Source of the DNA: Chloroflexota bacterium
Lineage (GTDB): Bacteria; Chloroflexota; Limnocylindria; Limnocylindrales; CSP1-4
Reading direction: 5' to 3'
DNA length: 63,982 nt
NCBI GenBank assembly: GCA_034667005.1
Contig: JAXDKU010000139.1
Coordinates: 1-63,982, forward strand
Position numbers and translations under genes: made by a program. The notes below the pieces were generated by a model. That model had not been told where the DNA came from. It did no database searches and saw only the letters and a program-made list of their open reading frames with translations. This document shows, one piece after another, positions 18,046 through 26,808 of the stretch (position 1 is the stretch's first letter; every line of letters begins with the position of its first letter).

Positions 18046-18873
18046 TCAGCTGTCGCCGAGCAACCGCTCGGCGTTGGTGTGGAGGATTGCCTCGATCGCG
18101 CCCGGGCTCAGGGGCAGCTCGCGGATCGCCTGGACGTTGGCTCCGATCGTGCTGGGGATGCCCGGGTAATCCGACCCGAACACGGTCTTGGGCGCGAGCC
18201 GCTCCAGCTGTGGCAGATAGCGCATCAGGTGGCGCGGCGGCAGCCCCGCGATGTCCAGGTGGACGTTGGGGTAGTGCAGCGCCATGAACGAGCACTGCTC
18301 GTACCAGAAGCCGCGGCCCGCGTGGGAGAGCAGGAGCTTCAGCCTGGGGAACTGTCGGGCCACCTCGTGCAGGTGGATCGGATCGCAGTACTTGATCTGC
18401 GTGAAGCGGAAGGCCGACGAGCCGACGTGGACCATGACCACGACCCCGGCCTCCTCGGCGAGCGCGTAGACCGGGTACATACGGGGGTCGTTGGGGTAGA
18501 AGAACTGCGACGACGGGAGGAGCTTGAGCACGCGGAAGCCGAGGTCCCGGACATAACCGCTGAACAGCCCCGCGACGTCGTAGTCCTCGTTCGGGTTGAC
18601 GCAGCAACCCGGGATCAACTCGGGGTGGCCGGCGCAGTACTCGGCCACCGCCTCGCTCGAGAGCCGTCCGGATGTGGCCGAGGCATGCTCGGCCAGCACC
18701 ACGGCGCGGTCGACTCCGCCGTCGCGAAGATCCTGGACGAACTGGTCCGCCGACGGCTCGTGTCCGCCGAATCGGGCCAGGTACCCGGGATTCTGCTGCT
18801 CGACGAAGTCGACGATCTCCGGCACGTACGCACCCGGTCGGATCAGGTGCGTGTGCATGTCGACCACGGTCAT
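18046..18873 (-). CDS. Amidohydrolase-2 (ACMSD/LigI-like metal-dependent hydrolase/decarboxylase) family protein
   Basis: Start ATG 18873 overlaps the upstream stop (TGATG). VDMHTHL is at the N-terminus. MVHVG, LLLSHAG and FGSDYP mark the TIM-barrel metal-ligand positions. Confidence 0.8.
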   Translation of the reverse strand: MTVVDMHTHLIRPGAYVPEIVDFVEQQNPGYLARFGGHEPSADQFVQDLRDGGVDRAVVLAEHASATSGRLSSEAVAEYCAGHPELIPGCCVNPNEDYDVAGLFSGYVRDLGFRVLKLLPSSQFFYPNDPRMYPVYALAEEAGVVVMVHVGSSAFRFTQIKYCDPIHLHEVARQFPRLKLLLSHAGRGFWYEQCSFMALHYPNVHLDIAGLPPRHLMRYLPQLERLAPKTVFGSDYPGIPSTIGANVQAIRELPLSPGAIEAILHTNAERLLGDS

Positions 18874-19715
18874 CAGTCGAGGCCGAAGACTCGCGCTGCG
18901 TTGTCGTGGAGGAGCTTCTGCTTGTTCTCCGGCTTCAGCCCGAGGTCCTCGAGCTGCGCCAGCGCCTCGCTGTGGTTGAACAGCGGCCAGTCCGTGCCGA
19001 ACATGGTCTTCTCGTTGCCTCGACGCGAGTTGAGGAACTGCACCATCTCGGGCTTCCAGTACTTGGGGGCATAGGCGGAGGTGCCAAGGTAGACGTTGGG
19101 GTGCTTGGACGCGATGGCGATCGCCTCCTCGACCCACGGCCAGCCGGTGTGTGCGCACACGAGCTTGAGGTCCGGGAAGTAGATCGCGATGCGGTCGAGC
19201 AGGATCGGCCGCGCATTCTCCTGGGGCATGAAGTCGAGCGTGTGGCCCATCGAGATGACGACCGGGACGCCGAGCTCCAGGGCCTTGGCGTAGAACGGGA
19301 AGTAGAACGCGTCGTCCGGACGCAGCCCGAAGCCGTGCGGGTGGATGTGGATGCCGCGGAAGCCGTGCTCCTTGACCGCCGTCTCGAACTCGCGGACACC
19401 CCGCATCCCGCGGAACGGGTTGACGCCGTAAAGGCCGGACATGCGCTCCGGGTAACGGTCGGTGTAGGCCGCGACCTCTTCCCACGTGGTGTGGACGTGG
19501 GCGTGCTGGTCGATGTAGTTCCACGTGAAGATCGAGGCGATCAGGACGTGCTGGAGCCCGTCCTTGTCCATCTGCGCGATGAACTCATCGGGCTCGTACG
19601 CCTTGGGCACGCGGCCGACCGATGCGAGGCGCTCGCCCTCGCCGCCTTCCAGGTAGTTCTTCTTGATGGCCTCGGGCCAGAAGGGGTTGATCAGATAGTC
19701 GATGACGCCTGACAC
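18873..19715 (-). CDS. Amidohydrolase-2 family protein (second copy)
   Basis: Lies in ORF 18873..20057. I prefer GTG 19715 (VSGVIDYLINPF) because GGGAGGAAG lies 7 nt upstream. GIHIHPH, ISMGH, CAHTGWPW and FGTDWP are present. Confidence 0.75.
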   Translation of the reverse strand: MSGVIDYLINPFWPEAIKKNYLEGGEGERLASVGRVPKAYEPDEFIAQMDKDGLQHVLIASIFTWNYIDQHAHVHTTWEEVAAYTDRYPERMSGLYGVNPFRGMRGVREFETAVKEHGFRGIHIHPHGFGLRPDDAFYFPFYAKALELGVPVVISMGHTLDFMPQENARPILLDRIAIYFPDLKLVCAHTGWPWVEEAIAIASKHPNVYLGTSAYAPKYWKPEMVQFLNSRRGNEKTMFGTDWPLFNHSEALAQLEDLGLKPENKQKLLHDNAARVFGLD

Positions 19716-19801
19716 CGGGTGTGCTTCCTCCCGTGAGATGACCGGACCGCGGAGGCGGCCGGGCCGTGACGCCGGCCCGGCCGCGTGAGAGAGCCCCCGG
19801 C

Positions 19802-20539
19802 TCAGATCATCGTCAGGCCGGCGCTCACGCTGTAGCACTGGCCGGTGATGTAGCTCGCGTCGTCGGAGATCAGGAACGACAGCACCGCGGCCTGCTCGCG
19901 CGGCTCGGCGCGGCGGCGGAACGGGATCAGGCGGACGATCCGGTTGATGACCTCCGGGTCCAGCCCCTCGTCCAGCGGCGTTGCCGTGGGACCGGGCGCC
20001 GTGCAGTTGACGTTGATGTTGAAGCGGGCAACCTCGCGGGCGATGCTCTTGCTCCACGCCACGAGCGCGCCCTTGGTGCCGGCGTAGACCGCCTCGGCCG
20101 ACTGGCCGACCTTCGCGGCGTCCGACGCCACGCTGACGATCTTGCCGCCGCCGCGCTCGATCATGCCGGGCAGCACCGCGTGGGTCACGTAGAGGATCGA
20201 CTCGAAGTTGATGGCGATGACCTTCCGCCAGTAGCTCGAGTCCTCGGTCAGGAAGCGTGTGGTGTCGGTCCAGCCGATGGTGTTGACCAGGGCGTCGATC
20301 TTGCCGTGATCCTTCTCCACCTCGGCCACCGCGTCGCGGACCTTCTGCTCGTCGGTCATGTCAACGGTGTAGGTCTTGACCCGGTCGCCGTGGCCTTCCG
20401 CGGCCGCGGCCAGGCTGGCGGCGTTGATGTCGAACGCGGCAATCTTGTAGCCGTCCTCGACCAGCCGCTTCACCGTCGCGGCACCCATGCCGCCGCCGGC
20501 GCCCGTGACCAGGGCCACCTTGCCGTTGTCCTTCGCCAT
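19802..20539 (-). CDS. SDR-family oxidoreductase (FabG-like)
   Basis: VALVTGAGGGMGAAT, VSVASDAA..G....VYAGTKGA and an ITGQ tail are present. Confidence 0.9.
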   Translation of the reverse strand: MAKDNGKVALVTGAGGGMGAATVKRLVEDGYKIAAFDINAASLAAAAEGHGDRVKTYTVDMTDEQKVRDAVAEVEKDHGKIDALVNTIGWTDTTRFLTEDSSYWRKVIAINFESILYVTHAVLPGMIERGGGKIVSVASDAAKVGQSAEAVYAGTKGALVAWSKSIAREVARFNINVNCTAPGPTATPLDEGLDPEVINRIVRLIPFRRRAEPREQAAVLSFLISDDASYITGQCYSVSAGLTMI

Positions 20540-20601
20540 TCTTCAGCTCCCTCGTGTTACGGGCAGAGTCGGCCGCGGGCGCGGCCTCGTCATGCGGATT
20601 G

Positions 20602-21363
20602 CTACCGACCGAGATAGAGGCGGCCGACGTCCTCGTTCTCGAGCAGGTCCCGGGCTCGTCCGTCGAGCCGGTTGTTGCCCATCGCAAGGACGTAGGCACG
20701 GTCCGCCAGCGACAGCGCCACACGGGCGTTCTGCTCCACCAGCAGGATCGTGGTCCCCAGTGCGTTGATCTCCATGACCTTCTGGAAGACGACGTCGACC
20801 ATCTTTGGCGACAGCCCCGCCGACGGCTCGTCCAGCAGCAGAACCTCCGGCTCGAGCATCAGCGCGCGGCCCATGGCCAGCATCTGGCGCTGCCCGCCCG
20901 ACAGGTGCCCGGCGCGCAGCTTGCGACGGCCGGTCAGATCCGGGAAGAGGCCGTAGACGGTCTCCATGCGGCCCTCGATCCCGTTGGGGCGCAGGAAGCC
21001 GCCCATCTCCAGGTTCTCGTGGATCGACAGGCTGGGGAAGATGTTGTCGGTCTGCGGCACGTACGAGAGCCCGTGACGGGCGATCTGGTCGGGCGCAAGG
21101 TTGGTGATGTCCTTGCCCTTGAAGGTGACGTGGCCGCCGGAGACCTTGACCAACCCGAACATCGACTTCATGAGCGTGGACTTGCCGGATCCGTTGGGGC
21201 CGATGACGGCCACCACCTCCGACGGGAACAGCGACACGGAGATGCCGTGGAGGATCTCCTGCTCGCCGTATCCTGCGACGACGCCCTCGACGTGGAGGAT
21301 CGGCGTGGCAGGGGCGGCGGCGGGCTCGTCCGCCGCTGGCGGCGCCGCGACGTGCATAGTCAT
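20602..21363 (-). CDS. livF: Branched-chain amino-acid ABC transporter ATP-binding protein, LivF-like; no partner genes in the window
   Basis: Lies in ORF 20602..21450 with start ATG 21363 after GGAGGG. It has Walker A GPNGSGKST, signature LSGGQRQMLAMGRAL and Walker B LLLDEPSAGLSP. No permease, LivG or binding-protein gene is adjacent. Confidence 0.85.
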   Translation of the reverse strand: MTMHVAAPPAADEPAAAPATPILHVEGVVAGYGEQEILHGISVSLFPSEVVAVIGPNGSGKSTLMKSMFGLVKVSGGHVTFKGKDITNLAPDQIARHGLSYVPQTDNIFPSLSIHENLEMGGFLRPNGIEGRMETVYGLFPDLTGRRKLRAGHLSGGQRQMLAMGRALMLEPEVLLLDEPSAGLSPKMVDVVFQKVMEINALGTTILLVEQNARVALSLADRAYVLAMGNNRLDGRARDLLENEDVGRLYLGR

Positions 21364-21502
21364 TCGCCCTCCGACCTTGCTGGAGCGCTCGCGGGCCGCG
21401 CCCGGTGGTACGGTTCCGACGCCCCGGCATCGCGGCAGGCTCGCTCGCATGCCGGCCCCGGTGAAGGCCGGCCACTCCCCTGAGGTGGCCCGACTCCGAC
21501 GG

Positions 21503-21520
21503 GTTGTCTGCTGTCTAACA
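21503..21520 (-). promoter_or_regulatory. Operator-like site AGCAGACAAC (minus strand) upstream of the livF-like / SDR operon
   Basis: The plus strand reads GTTGTCTGCTGTCTAACA. A possible -35 TTGACG lies on the minus strand at about 21534..21529. Confidence 0.25.
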
Positions 21521-21640
21521 TACCCCGACCGTCAAGGGTGCGAGCGCCCATCCGGCAGGATCTCGCGCGAACAGTCTGCACCCCGTGCGCGCGTGACGCC
21601 GGAGCGCGGAGAAGCGCGTTTGCAGCGCCTGTCCCCCGCG

Positions 21641-21669
21641 TTGACAGATGTCTGACCTCCCACTAGCAT
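21641..21669 (+). promoter_or_regulatory. Candidate promoter of the gldA-led operon (TTGACA-N17-TAGCAT) with GACAGATGTCTGAC in the -35/spacer region
   Basis: TTGACA is at 21641..21646 and TAGCAT at 21664..21669, an exact 17-nt spacer. GTCTGACCTC is at 21650..21659. The element ends about 70 nt before the GTG at 21740. Confidence 0.45.
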
Positions 21670-21739
21670 CCGGGCGGCCCACGTACGCTCGCCGAGCGGC
21701 TCGGAGTGGCCGCGCACGTCAGCAGGAGGAGGGTCCCAC

Positions 21740-22846
21740 GTGAGGGCGTTCGCCTCCCCCTCGCGGTACTACCAGGGCCCGGGCCTGCTCGCGGACCTCG
21801 GCGCGCGGACGGTCCACCTCGGGGACCGCGCGGGCGTGCTGCTGAGCTCCCGGAACACCGAGACGCTCGGCGAGGGGATCACCGCGTCGCTGACCGCCGC
21901 CGGCATCGCATCGACGCTCGTGCCGTTCGGCGGCGAGGCAAGCCACGAGGAGATCGACCGAGTAAGCGATGCGCTGCGGCCGGACGGCCTGGCCTTCGTC
22001 ATCGGAGTAGGCGGCGGGAAGGCGCTCGACACCGCAAAGGCCGTGGCGTGGAAGCTCGGCCTGCCGGTCGTGATCGTGCCGACGATCGCCGCAACGGACT
22101 CGCCGACGGCCGCCTCTTCGGTCATCTACACGCCGGACGGCGTGTTCGTCGAGGAGATCCCGTACCCGGTCAACCCCGCGGTCGTGCTGGTCGACTCGGA
22201 GGTGATCGCGCACGCCCCCGCGCGCTACCTCGTCTCCGGCATGGGCGACGCCCTCGCCACCCGCTTCGAGGCACGCGCGTGCCTGCGGTCGGGCGCCGTC
22301 ACGTTCGTCGGTGGCCGGCCGACGCGTCTCGCCGGCGCCATCGCCGAGCTGTGCTACGAGATCGTCATGGCCGACGGGCTGGCGGCCGCGGACGACGTCC
22401 GCGCACAGCGGGTGACGCCGGCCCTCGAACGGGTCATCGAGGCGAACGTCCTGCTGAGCGGCCTTGGCTGGGAAAGCGCCGGGATGGCCGCGGCTCACTC
22501 GATCCACAACGGGCTCACCGCGATTCCCGGGACGCGGCAGACGTACCACGGAGAGCTCGTGGCGTTCGCGACCGTGGCGCAGCTGGTGATGGAGGACGCC
22601 GAGGACGAGGCACTGGCGCTCTCGCGCTTCTGCCGCCGGCTCGGGATGCCCGTCCGGCTGGCCGAGCTCGGCGTGGACACGAGCGATCGCGCCGGCCTGC
22701 TCGATGCGGCCGAGAAGGCCTGCGCCCCTGGGGAATCGATTCACAACATGCCCATGCCGGTGTCCCCGGGTCAGGTCGCGGACGCGATCGCCCGTGCGGA
22801 CGCCATCGCCCGGGATGCGGGCTCCGAGAACGATCAGGAGGGATAG
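21740..22846 (+). CDS. gldA: Glycerol dehydrogenase-like iron-containing (family III) alcohol dehydrogenase
   Basis: GTG start after AGGAGGAGGG. It contains YYQGPGLL, GVGGGKALDTAKAVA, VPTIAATDSPT and MGDALAT.FEA.... Confidence 0.8.
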   Translation: MRAFASPSRYYQGPGLLADLGARTVHLGDRAGVLLSSRNTETLGEGITASLTAAGIASTLVPFGGEASHEEIDRVSDALRPDGLAFVIGVGGGKALDTAKAVAWKLGLPVVIVPTIAATDSPTAASSVIYTPDGVFVEEIPYPVNPAVVLVDSEVIAHAPARYLVSGMGDALATRFEARACLRSGAVTFVGGRPTRLAGAIAELCYEIVMADGLAAADDVRAQRVTPALERVIEANVLLSGLGWESAGMAAAHSIHNGLTAIPGTRQTYHGELVAFATVAQLVMEDAEDEALALSRFCRRLGMPVRLAELGVDTSDRAGLLDAAEKACAPGESIHNMPMPVSPGQVADAIARADAIARDAGSENDQEG

Positions 22847-22851
22847 TCCGG

Positions 22852-23559
22852 TTGTCCGAGTTCATCTTCATGCTCACGCTCGACGACGAGACGATCCCCG
22901 ACGCCCTCGCCGTCTACCGGGAGGTGCGCGACATCCCGGGCCTGCGCTACCTCGGCTTCAAGGACATCGGCCTTCCCGAGGCAGAGCTCCAGGACCTGGC
23001 GGACGAGATGCGTGCCGGCGGTCACGAGACCATGCTCGAGGTCATCAGCCTCACGGAGGCGGACGAGCTTCGCGCGGTCGAGGTCGGGCTGCGGCTCGGG
23101 GTGGACTACCTGATCGGCGGGACGCGCCCGCACAGCGTCTGGCCGCTGCTCCGCGGGACGTCCATGCGCTACTTCCCGTACGTGGGCGAGGTCATCGGCC
23201 ACCCCGCGGCCCTGGCCGGCGAGATCGACGCGATCGTGGATGAGGCCTGCGAGCTGGAGGCCCTCGGGGTGGACGGCATCAACCTGCTGTCGTTCCGCTA
23301 CGTGGGCGATCCGCTTGCCCTCACGCGCGCGGTCAAGAAGGCAATCTCGATCCCGCTCATCTGCGCGGGCTCGGTCGACAGCGTGTCGCGGGTCAGCGAG
23401 CTCTCAGATCTCGACGTCTGGGCGTTCACGATCGGCGGGGCGGTGATCCAGAACGCGATGGCCCCGGAGCCGGGTGTGCGCCCGCAGGTCAGCGCGGTGC
23501 TCGCGGCGGCGCTGGACGGACGGTCGCCGCAGGCCCGTGAACCGGGCACGGCAGCCTAG
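22852..23559 (+). CDS. Uncharacterised TIM-barrel-like protein (distant resemblance to the GlpP / ribulose-phosphate-binding barrel families)
   Basis: Lies in the long frame 21706..23559. I prefer TTG 22852, 8 nt after AGGAGGGA; ATG 22870 is the alternative. The beta/alpha periodicity and SIPLICAGSV...FTIGGAV tail recall phosphate-binding barrels. The functional assignment is weak. Confidence 0.55.
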   Translation: MSEFIFMLTLDDETIPDALAVYREVRDIPGLRYLGFKDIGLPEAELQDLADEMRAGGHETMLEVISLTEADELRAVEVGLRLGVDYLIGGTRPHSVWPLLRGTSMRYFPYVGEVIGHPAALAGEIDAIVDEACELEALGVDGINLLSFRYVGDPLALTRAVKKAISIPLICAGSVDSVSRVSELSDLDVWAFTIGGAVIQNAMAPEPGVRPQVSAVLAAALDGRSPQAREPGTAA

Positions 23560-23630
23560 GGCCGTGGGCTCGCTCACGGCCGGAGGAAGGGCCGCGACGC
23601 CGTCGCGGCCAGTGGACGAGGAGGTACGAA

Positions 23631-24434
23631 TTGACGACAGAACCGCAGGGCTACGAGGACATCCTGTACGAGAAGGACGCGGGGATCGCGACGATCACGA
23701 TCAACCGCCCGGACCGGATGAACTCCTTCCGCGCGAAGACCACCCATGAGCTGGTCCGGGCGCTGCACGCCGCGTGGCACGACCCCCAGGTCGGCGCGGT
23801 CATCCTCACCGGCGCCGGGGACCGCGCGTTCTGCGCCGGTGGCGACATGAAGGAGCGCCGTGCGACCGGCCACGAGCGCGACGCCGAGACGGGCCAGGAC
23901 GCCGACACGATCGGGCTCTACGACGCGATCCGCAACATCCCCAAGCCCGTCATCGCGGCGGTGAACGGCTTCGCGATCGGCGGCGGGCACGTGATCCACG
24001 TGCTGTGCGACCTGTCCATCGCGTCCGAAACGGCACGCTTCGGGCAGGTCGGGCCGCGCGTCGGCAGCTTCGATGCCGGCTACGGCACGGTCTACCTTGC
24101 GCGCGTCGTCGGCGAGAAGAAGGCCCGCGAGATGTGGTACCTCTGCCACCAGTACAGTGCCCAGGAAGCCCTGGACATGGGCCTCGTCAACAAGGTCGTG
24201 CCCCAGGCCGAGCTCATGGACGAGGCGCGCCAGTGGGCGCGCGAGATCGTCGAGAAGAGCCCCACGGCGATCAAGTTCCTCAAGTACTCGTTCAACGCCG
24301 ATACCGCGAGCGCGGGCGGCCTCTCGACCATGGCCATGAGCGCCCTGGAGCTCTACCTGGACACCGACGAGGCGCGAGAGGGAATGCTGGCGTTCAACGA
24401 GAAGCGTCCCGTCGACTTCACCCCCTACCGGTGA
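23631..24434 (+). CDS. MenB/BadI-subfamily crotonase (1,4-dihydroxy-2-naphthoyl-CoA synthase-like)
   Basis: TTG start after GAGGAGG. GAGDRAFCAGGD is present. GPRVGSFDAGYGTVYLARVVGEKKAREMWYLCHQYSAQEALDMGLVNKVVP is very MenB/BadI-like. No other men genes are nearby. Confidence 0.8.
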   Translation: MTTEPQGYEDILYEKDAGIATITINRPDRMNSFRAKTTHELVRALHAAWHDPQVGAVILTGAGDRAFCAGGDMKERRATGHERDAETGQDADTIGLYDAIRNIPKPVIAAVNGFAIGGGHVIHVLCDLSIASETARFGQVGPRVGSFDAGYGTVYLARVVGEKKAREMWYLCHQYSAQEALDMGLVNKVVPQAELMDEARQWAREIVEKSPTAIKFLKYSFNADTASAGGLSTMAMSALELYLDTDEAREGMLAFNEKRPVDFTPYR

Positions 24435-24513
24435 CCACCGGCTGACTTTCCCCGCGAGCGCCGCCCGCACCTCCTCCACGGGCGGCGCTCGCACCTTCAC
24501 GGAGGTGACGGTC

Positions 24514-25581
24514 ATGCGATCCAGCTCGTCCGAAGCGCCGGAGCCGATGGAGACGGCCTTCACCAGGCTCTCCGGCGCGACGTATCCGATCGCGAACGCG
24601 GGCATGAGCTATGTCGCAGGGGTCGAGATGGTCGTGGCCGTCTCGGACGCCGGTGGCTACGGCGTGCTGGGCGGCATCAACTACTCCCCGAACGAGCTGC
24701 GCGAGGCCATCCGCGAGATCCAGCGCCGGACCGACCGGCCGTTCGGCGTCGACCTCGTCGGCGACCGGCACGCGCTCGAGCCGCCGCCGGAGTTCCGGGC
24801 GCGCATGGATGCGGTCAAGCGACGCGTCGAAGAGGTCGGTGAGCTCCACGGCGAGCTGGCCAACTACCTCAGCCCCGAGCGGATGCAGGAGCAGATCCAG
24901 GTCGTCTTCGACGAGCACGTCCCGGTCCTGGTGTCGGCGCTGGGCGATCCGTCGTGGCTGGTGCCCCTGGCGACCCGTGCCGGGGCCGAGGTCTGGGCCG
25001 TTGTCGGCAACGCTCGCCAGGCACGCCGCGCGGCTGCGGGCGGCGCGACCGTGATCATCGCGCAGGGCTACGACGGGGGCGGCCATACCGGCGTCATCGG
25101 CACGCTGTCTCTGGTGCGGGAGGCGGCCGCCACAGTGGACGTGCCGGTGCTCGCCGCCGGCGGCATCGGTGACGGCCACGGCCTTGCCGCGGCGCTGTCC
25201 CTCGGCGCCGCCGGCGCCTGGGTCGGAACCCGGTTCGTGGCCTGCCACGAGGCGGAGGTGCACGCGAACTTCGTGGCCAGGGTGCTGGCCGCAACGATGG
25301 AGGACAGCGTGATCACGCGTTCCTACACGGGGCGGTCTGCGCGGGCCCTGAAGGACGAGTGGATCGCGCAGTACGCTGGCCGGGAGCACGAGCTGGAGTA
25401 CCCGGATCAGATTGCCGTGTCCGCCAAGGTGGTCTTCGCTGCCTTCGACAGCGACCGTCCCGGCATGGTGAACGCCGGCCAGGGTGTCGGGCTGGTCAAC
25501 GAGATGCGGTCCAGTCGCGAGATCATCCACGGCATGGTGAACGAGGCGCGTGCGGTGCTGGGCGGCCTTGCCTCGATCTGA
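24514..25581 (+). CDS. Nitronate monooxygenase (NMO/2-nitropropane dioxygenase, FMN TIM-barrel) family protein
   Basis: Lies in ORF 24505..25581. ATG 24514 is 8 nt after GGAGG. It contains YPIANAGMSYVAG...SDAGGYGVLG, IAQGYDGGGHTG, AAGGIGDG and GTRF. Confidence 0.8.
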   Translation: MRSSSSEAPEPMETAFTRLSGATYPIANAGMSYVAGVEMVVAVSDAGGYGVLGGINYSPNELREAIREIQRRTDRPFGVDLVGDRHALEPPPEFRARMDAVKRRVEEVGELHGELANYLSPERMQEQIQVVFDEHVPVLVSALGDPSWLVPLATRAGAEVWAVVGNARQARRAAAGGATVIIAQGYDGGGHTGVIGTLSLVREAAATVDVPVLAAGGIGDGHGLAAALSLGAAGAWVGTRFVACHEAEVHANFVARVLAATMEDSVITRSYTGRSARALKDEWIAQYAGREHELEYPDQIAVSAKVVFAAFDSDRPGMVNAGQGVGLVNEMRSSREIIHGMVNEARAVLGGLASI

Positions 25582-26398
25582 GGCTCCGCGCCCGGCGACG
25601 ACGATTCCGGTCAAGCGTCAGGTCGCCGGCAACCCCGGCCCCTACACGCTCGAAGGCACGAACACGTGGATCGTCGGCCGGAACCCCTCGGTGGTGATCG
25701 ACCCGGGCCCCGACGATGCGAAGCACCTGGCGGCCGTCGCGAGCGCGGCGGGCCCCACCCTCGCGATCCTCATCACGCACCACCACAGCGACCACGAGGA
25801 GGGCGCCGCGGCGCTGGCCGCGATGCTCGGCGCGCCGATCCGAGCCTGGCGCCGCGCGCCGGGACGCCTGCGCCTCCGCGACGGTGACGAGCTGGCCGTC
25901 GGCGGCGGCACGCTCCGTGCCGTCCACACCCCCGGCCACACTCGGGACCACCTCTGCTTCCTCGGAGAGCCGGGACGGCTGCTGTTCACCGGCGACACGG
26001 TCCTCGGGAGAGGCTCGACCGTCATCGAGCCGCCCGACGGCGACCTGTCCGCGTACCTCGCCTCGCTGGAGCGCATACTGGCGCTGGAACCGCGGGTCCT
26101 CCATCCGGGCCACGGCCCGACGGTGCACGACGCGGGGGCAAGGCTGCGCGCCTACCTCGATCATCGCCGCGAGCGGGAGCGCCAGGTCCTCGGGCTGCTG
26201 GACGACGGGCCGGCGTCGGCCGCGGCACTCGCCCTGCGCATCTACCCGAGGCTGCCCGCCGGCCTCGGCGAGGGGGCCACGCGCACGACGTACGCGCACC
26301 TGCTGAAGCTCGAGCACGACGGCGTGCTGGACCGAACCGGACGCGGCATTCGCGGCGTCTTCTCGCGATCGCCAGCCAACAAGGAGGCAGCCAGATGA
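25550..26398 (+). CDS. MBL-fold hydrolase with C-terminal winged-helix (LACTB2-like)
   Basis: GTG 25550 overlaps the NMO 3' end, so the start is uncertain. It contains TNTWIVG, ITHHHSDHEEG, HTPGHTRDH, FTGDTVLG and HPGHG, plus a C-terminal HLLKLEHDG helix. Confidence 0.75.
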   Translation: MRCWAALPRSEAPRPATTIPVKRQVAGNPGPYTLEGTNTWIVGRNPSVVIDPGPDDAKHLAAVASAAGPTLAILITHHHSDHEEGAAALAAMLGAPIRAWRRAPGRLRLRDGDELAVGGGTLRAVHTPGHTRDHLCFLGEPGRLLFTGDTVLGRGSTVIEPPDGDLSAYLASLERILALEPRVLHPGHGPTVHDAGARLRAYLDHRRERERQVLGLLDDGPASAAALALRIYPRLPAGLGEGATRTTYAHLLKLEHDGVLDRTGRGIRGVFSRSPANKEAAR

Positions 26399-26796
26399 CC
26401 GACGCTCCCGACCTCACCGGCCGCAGCGCCACGATCGAGGTCCAGACGACGCCGGAGATGTCCGCCTCGGCGTACGGCAACACCGGGCTCGAGGTGCTCG
26501 CCACGCCGGCCCTCGTCGGACTGTTCGAGCGCGCGGCCATGGCGGCCATCGACGGTACCGCGGAGCCGGGCTGGCGCTCCGTCGGCACCTCGATCGAAAT
26601 GCGCCACCTCGCCGCCACCCCGATCGGCGAAACCGTGACGTTGACGGCAACCGTGACGGCGGCCGACGGGCGCGCGCTCACGTTCGCGATCGAGGCGCGC
26701 GACCAGGTCGCGCTCATCGGGGACGGCACCCATTCGCGCTTCGTGGTCAACGACGAACGCTTCATGGAGCGCCTGCGGCGCGGCCGGGAAGCCTGA
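26395..26796 (+). CDS. Hotdog-fold thioesterase (fluoroacetyl-CoA thioesterase FlK-like)
   Basis: ATGA overlap with the upstream gene. LATPALVGLFERAA ... GTSIEMRHLAATPIGETVT..A.V fits this family. Confidence 0.7.
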   Translation: MTDAPDLTGRSATIEVQTTPEMSASAYGNTGLEVLATPALVGLFERAAMAAIDGTAEPGWRSVGTSIEMRHLAATPIGETVTLTATVTAADGRALTFAIEARDQVALIGDGTHSRFVVNDERFMERLRRGREA

Positions 26797-26808
26797 GGAG
26801 GCTGGGAG

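Noticed and set aside
23631-24434. Menaquinone biosynthesis gene menB
   Set aside because: The sequence is MenB/BadI-like, but the GGDQ motif reads GGDM, no menA/C/D/E/F/H genes are nearby, and the operon context is catabolic. I therefore call only the subfamily, not the gene.
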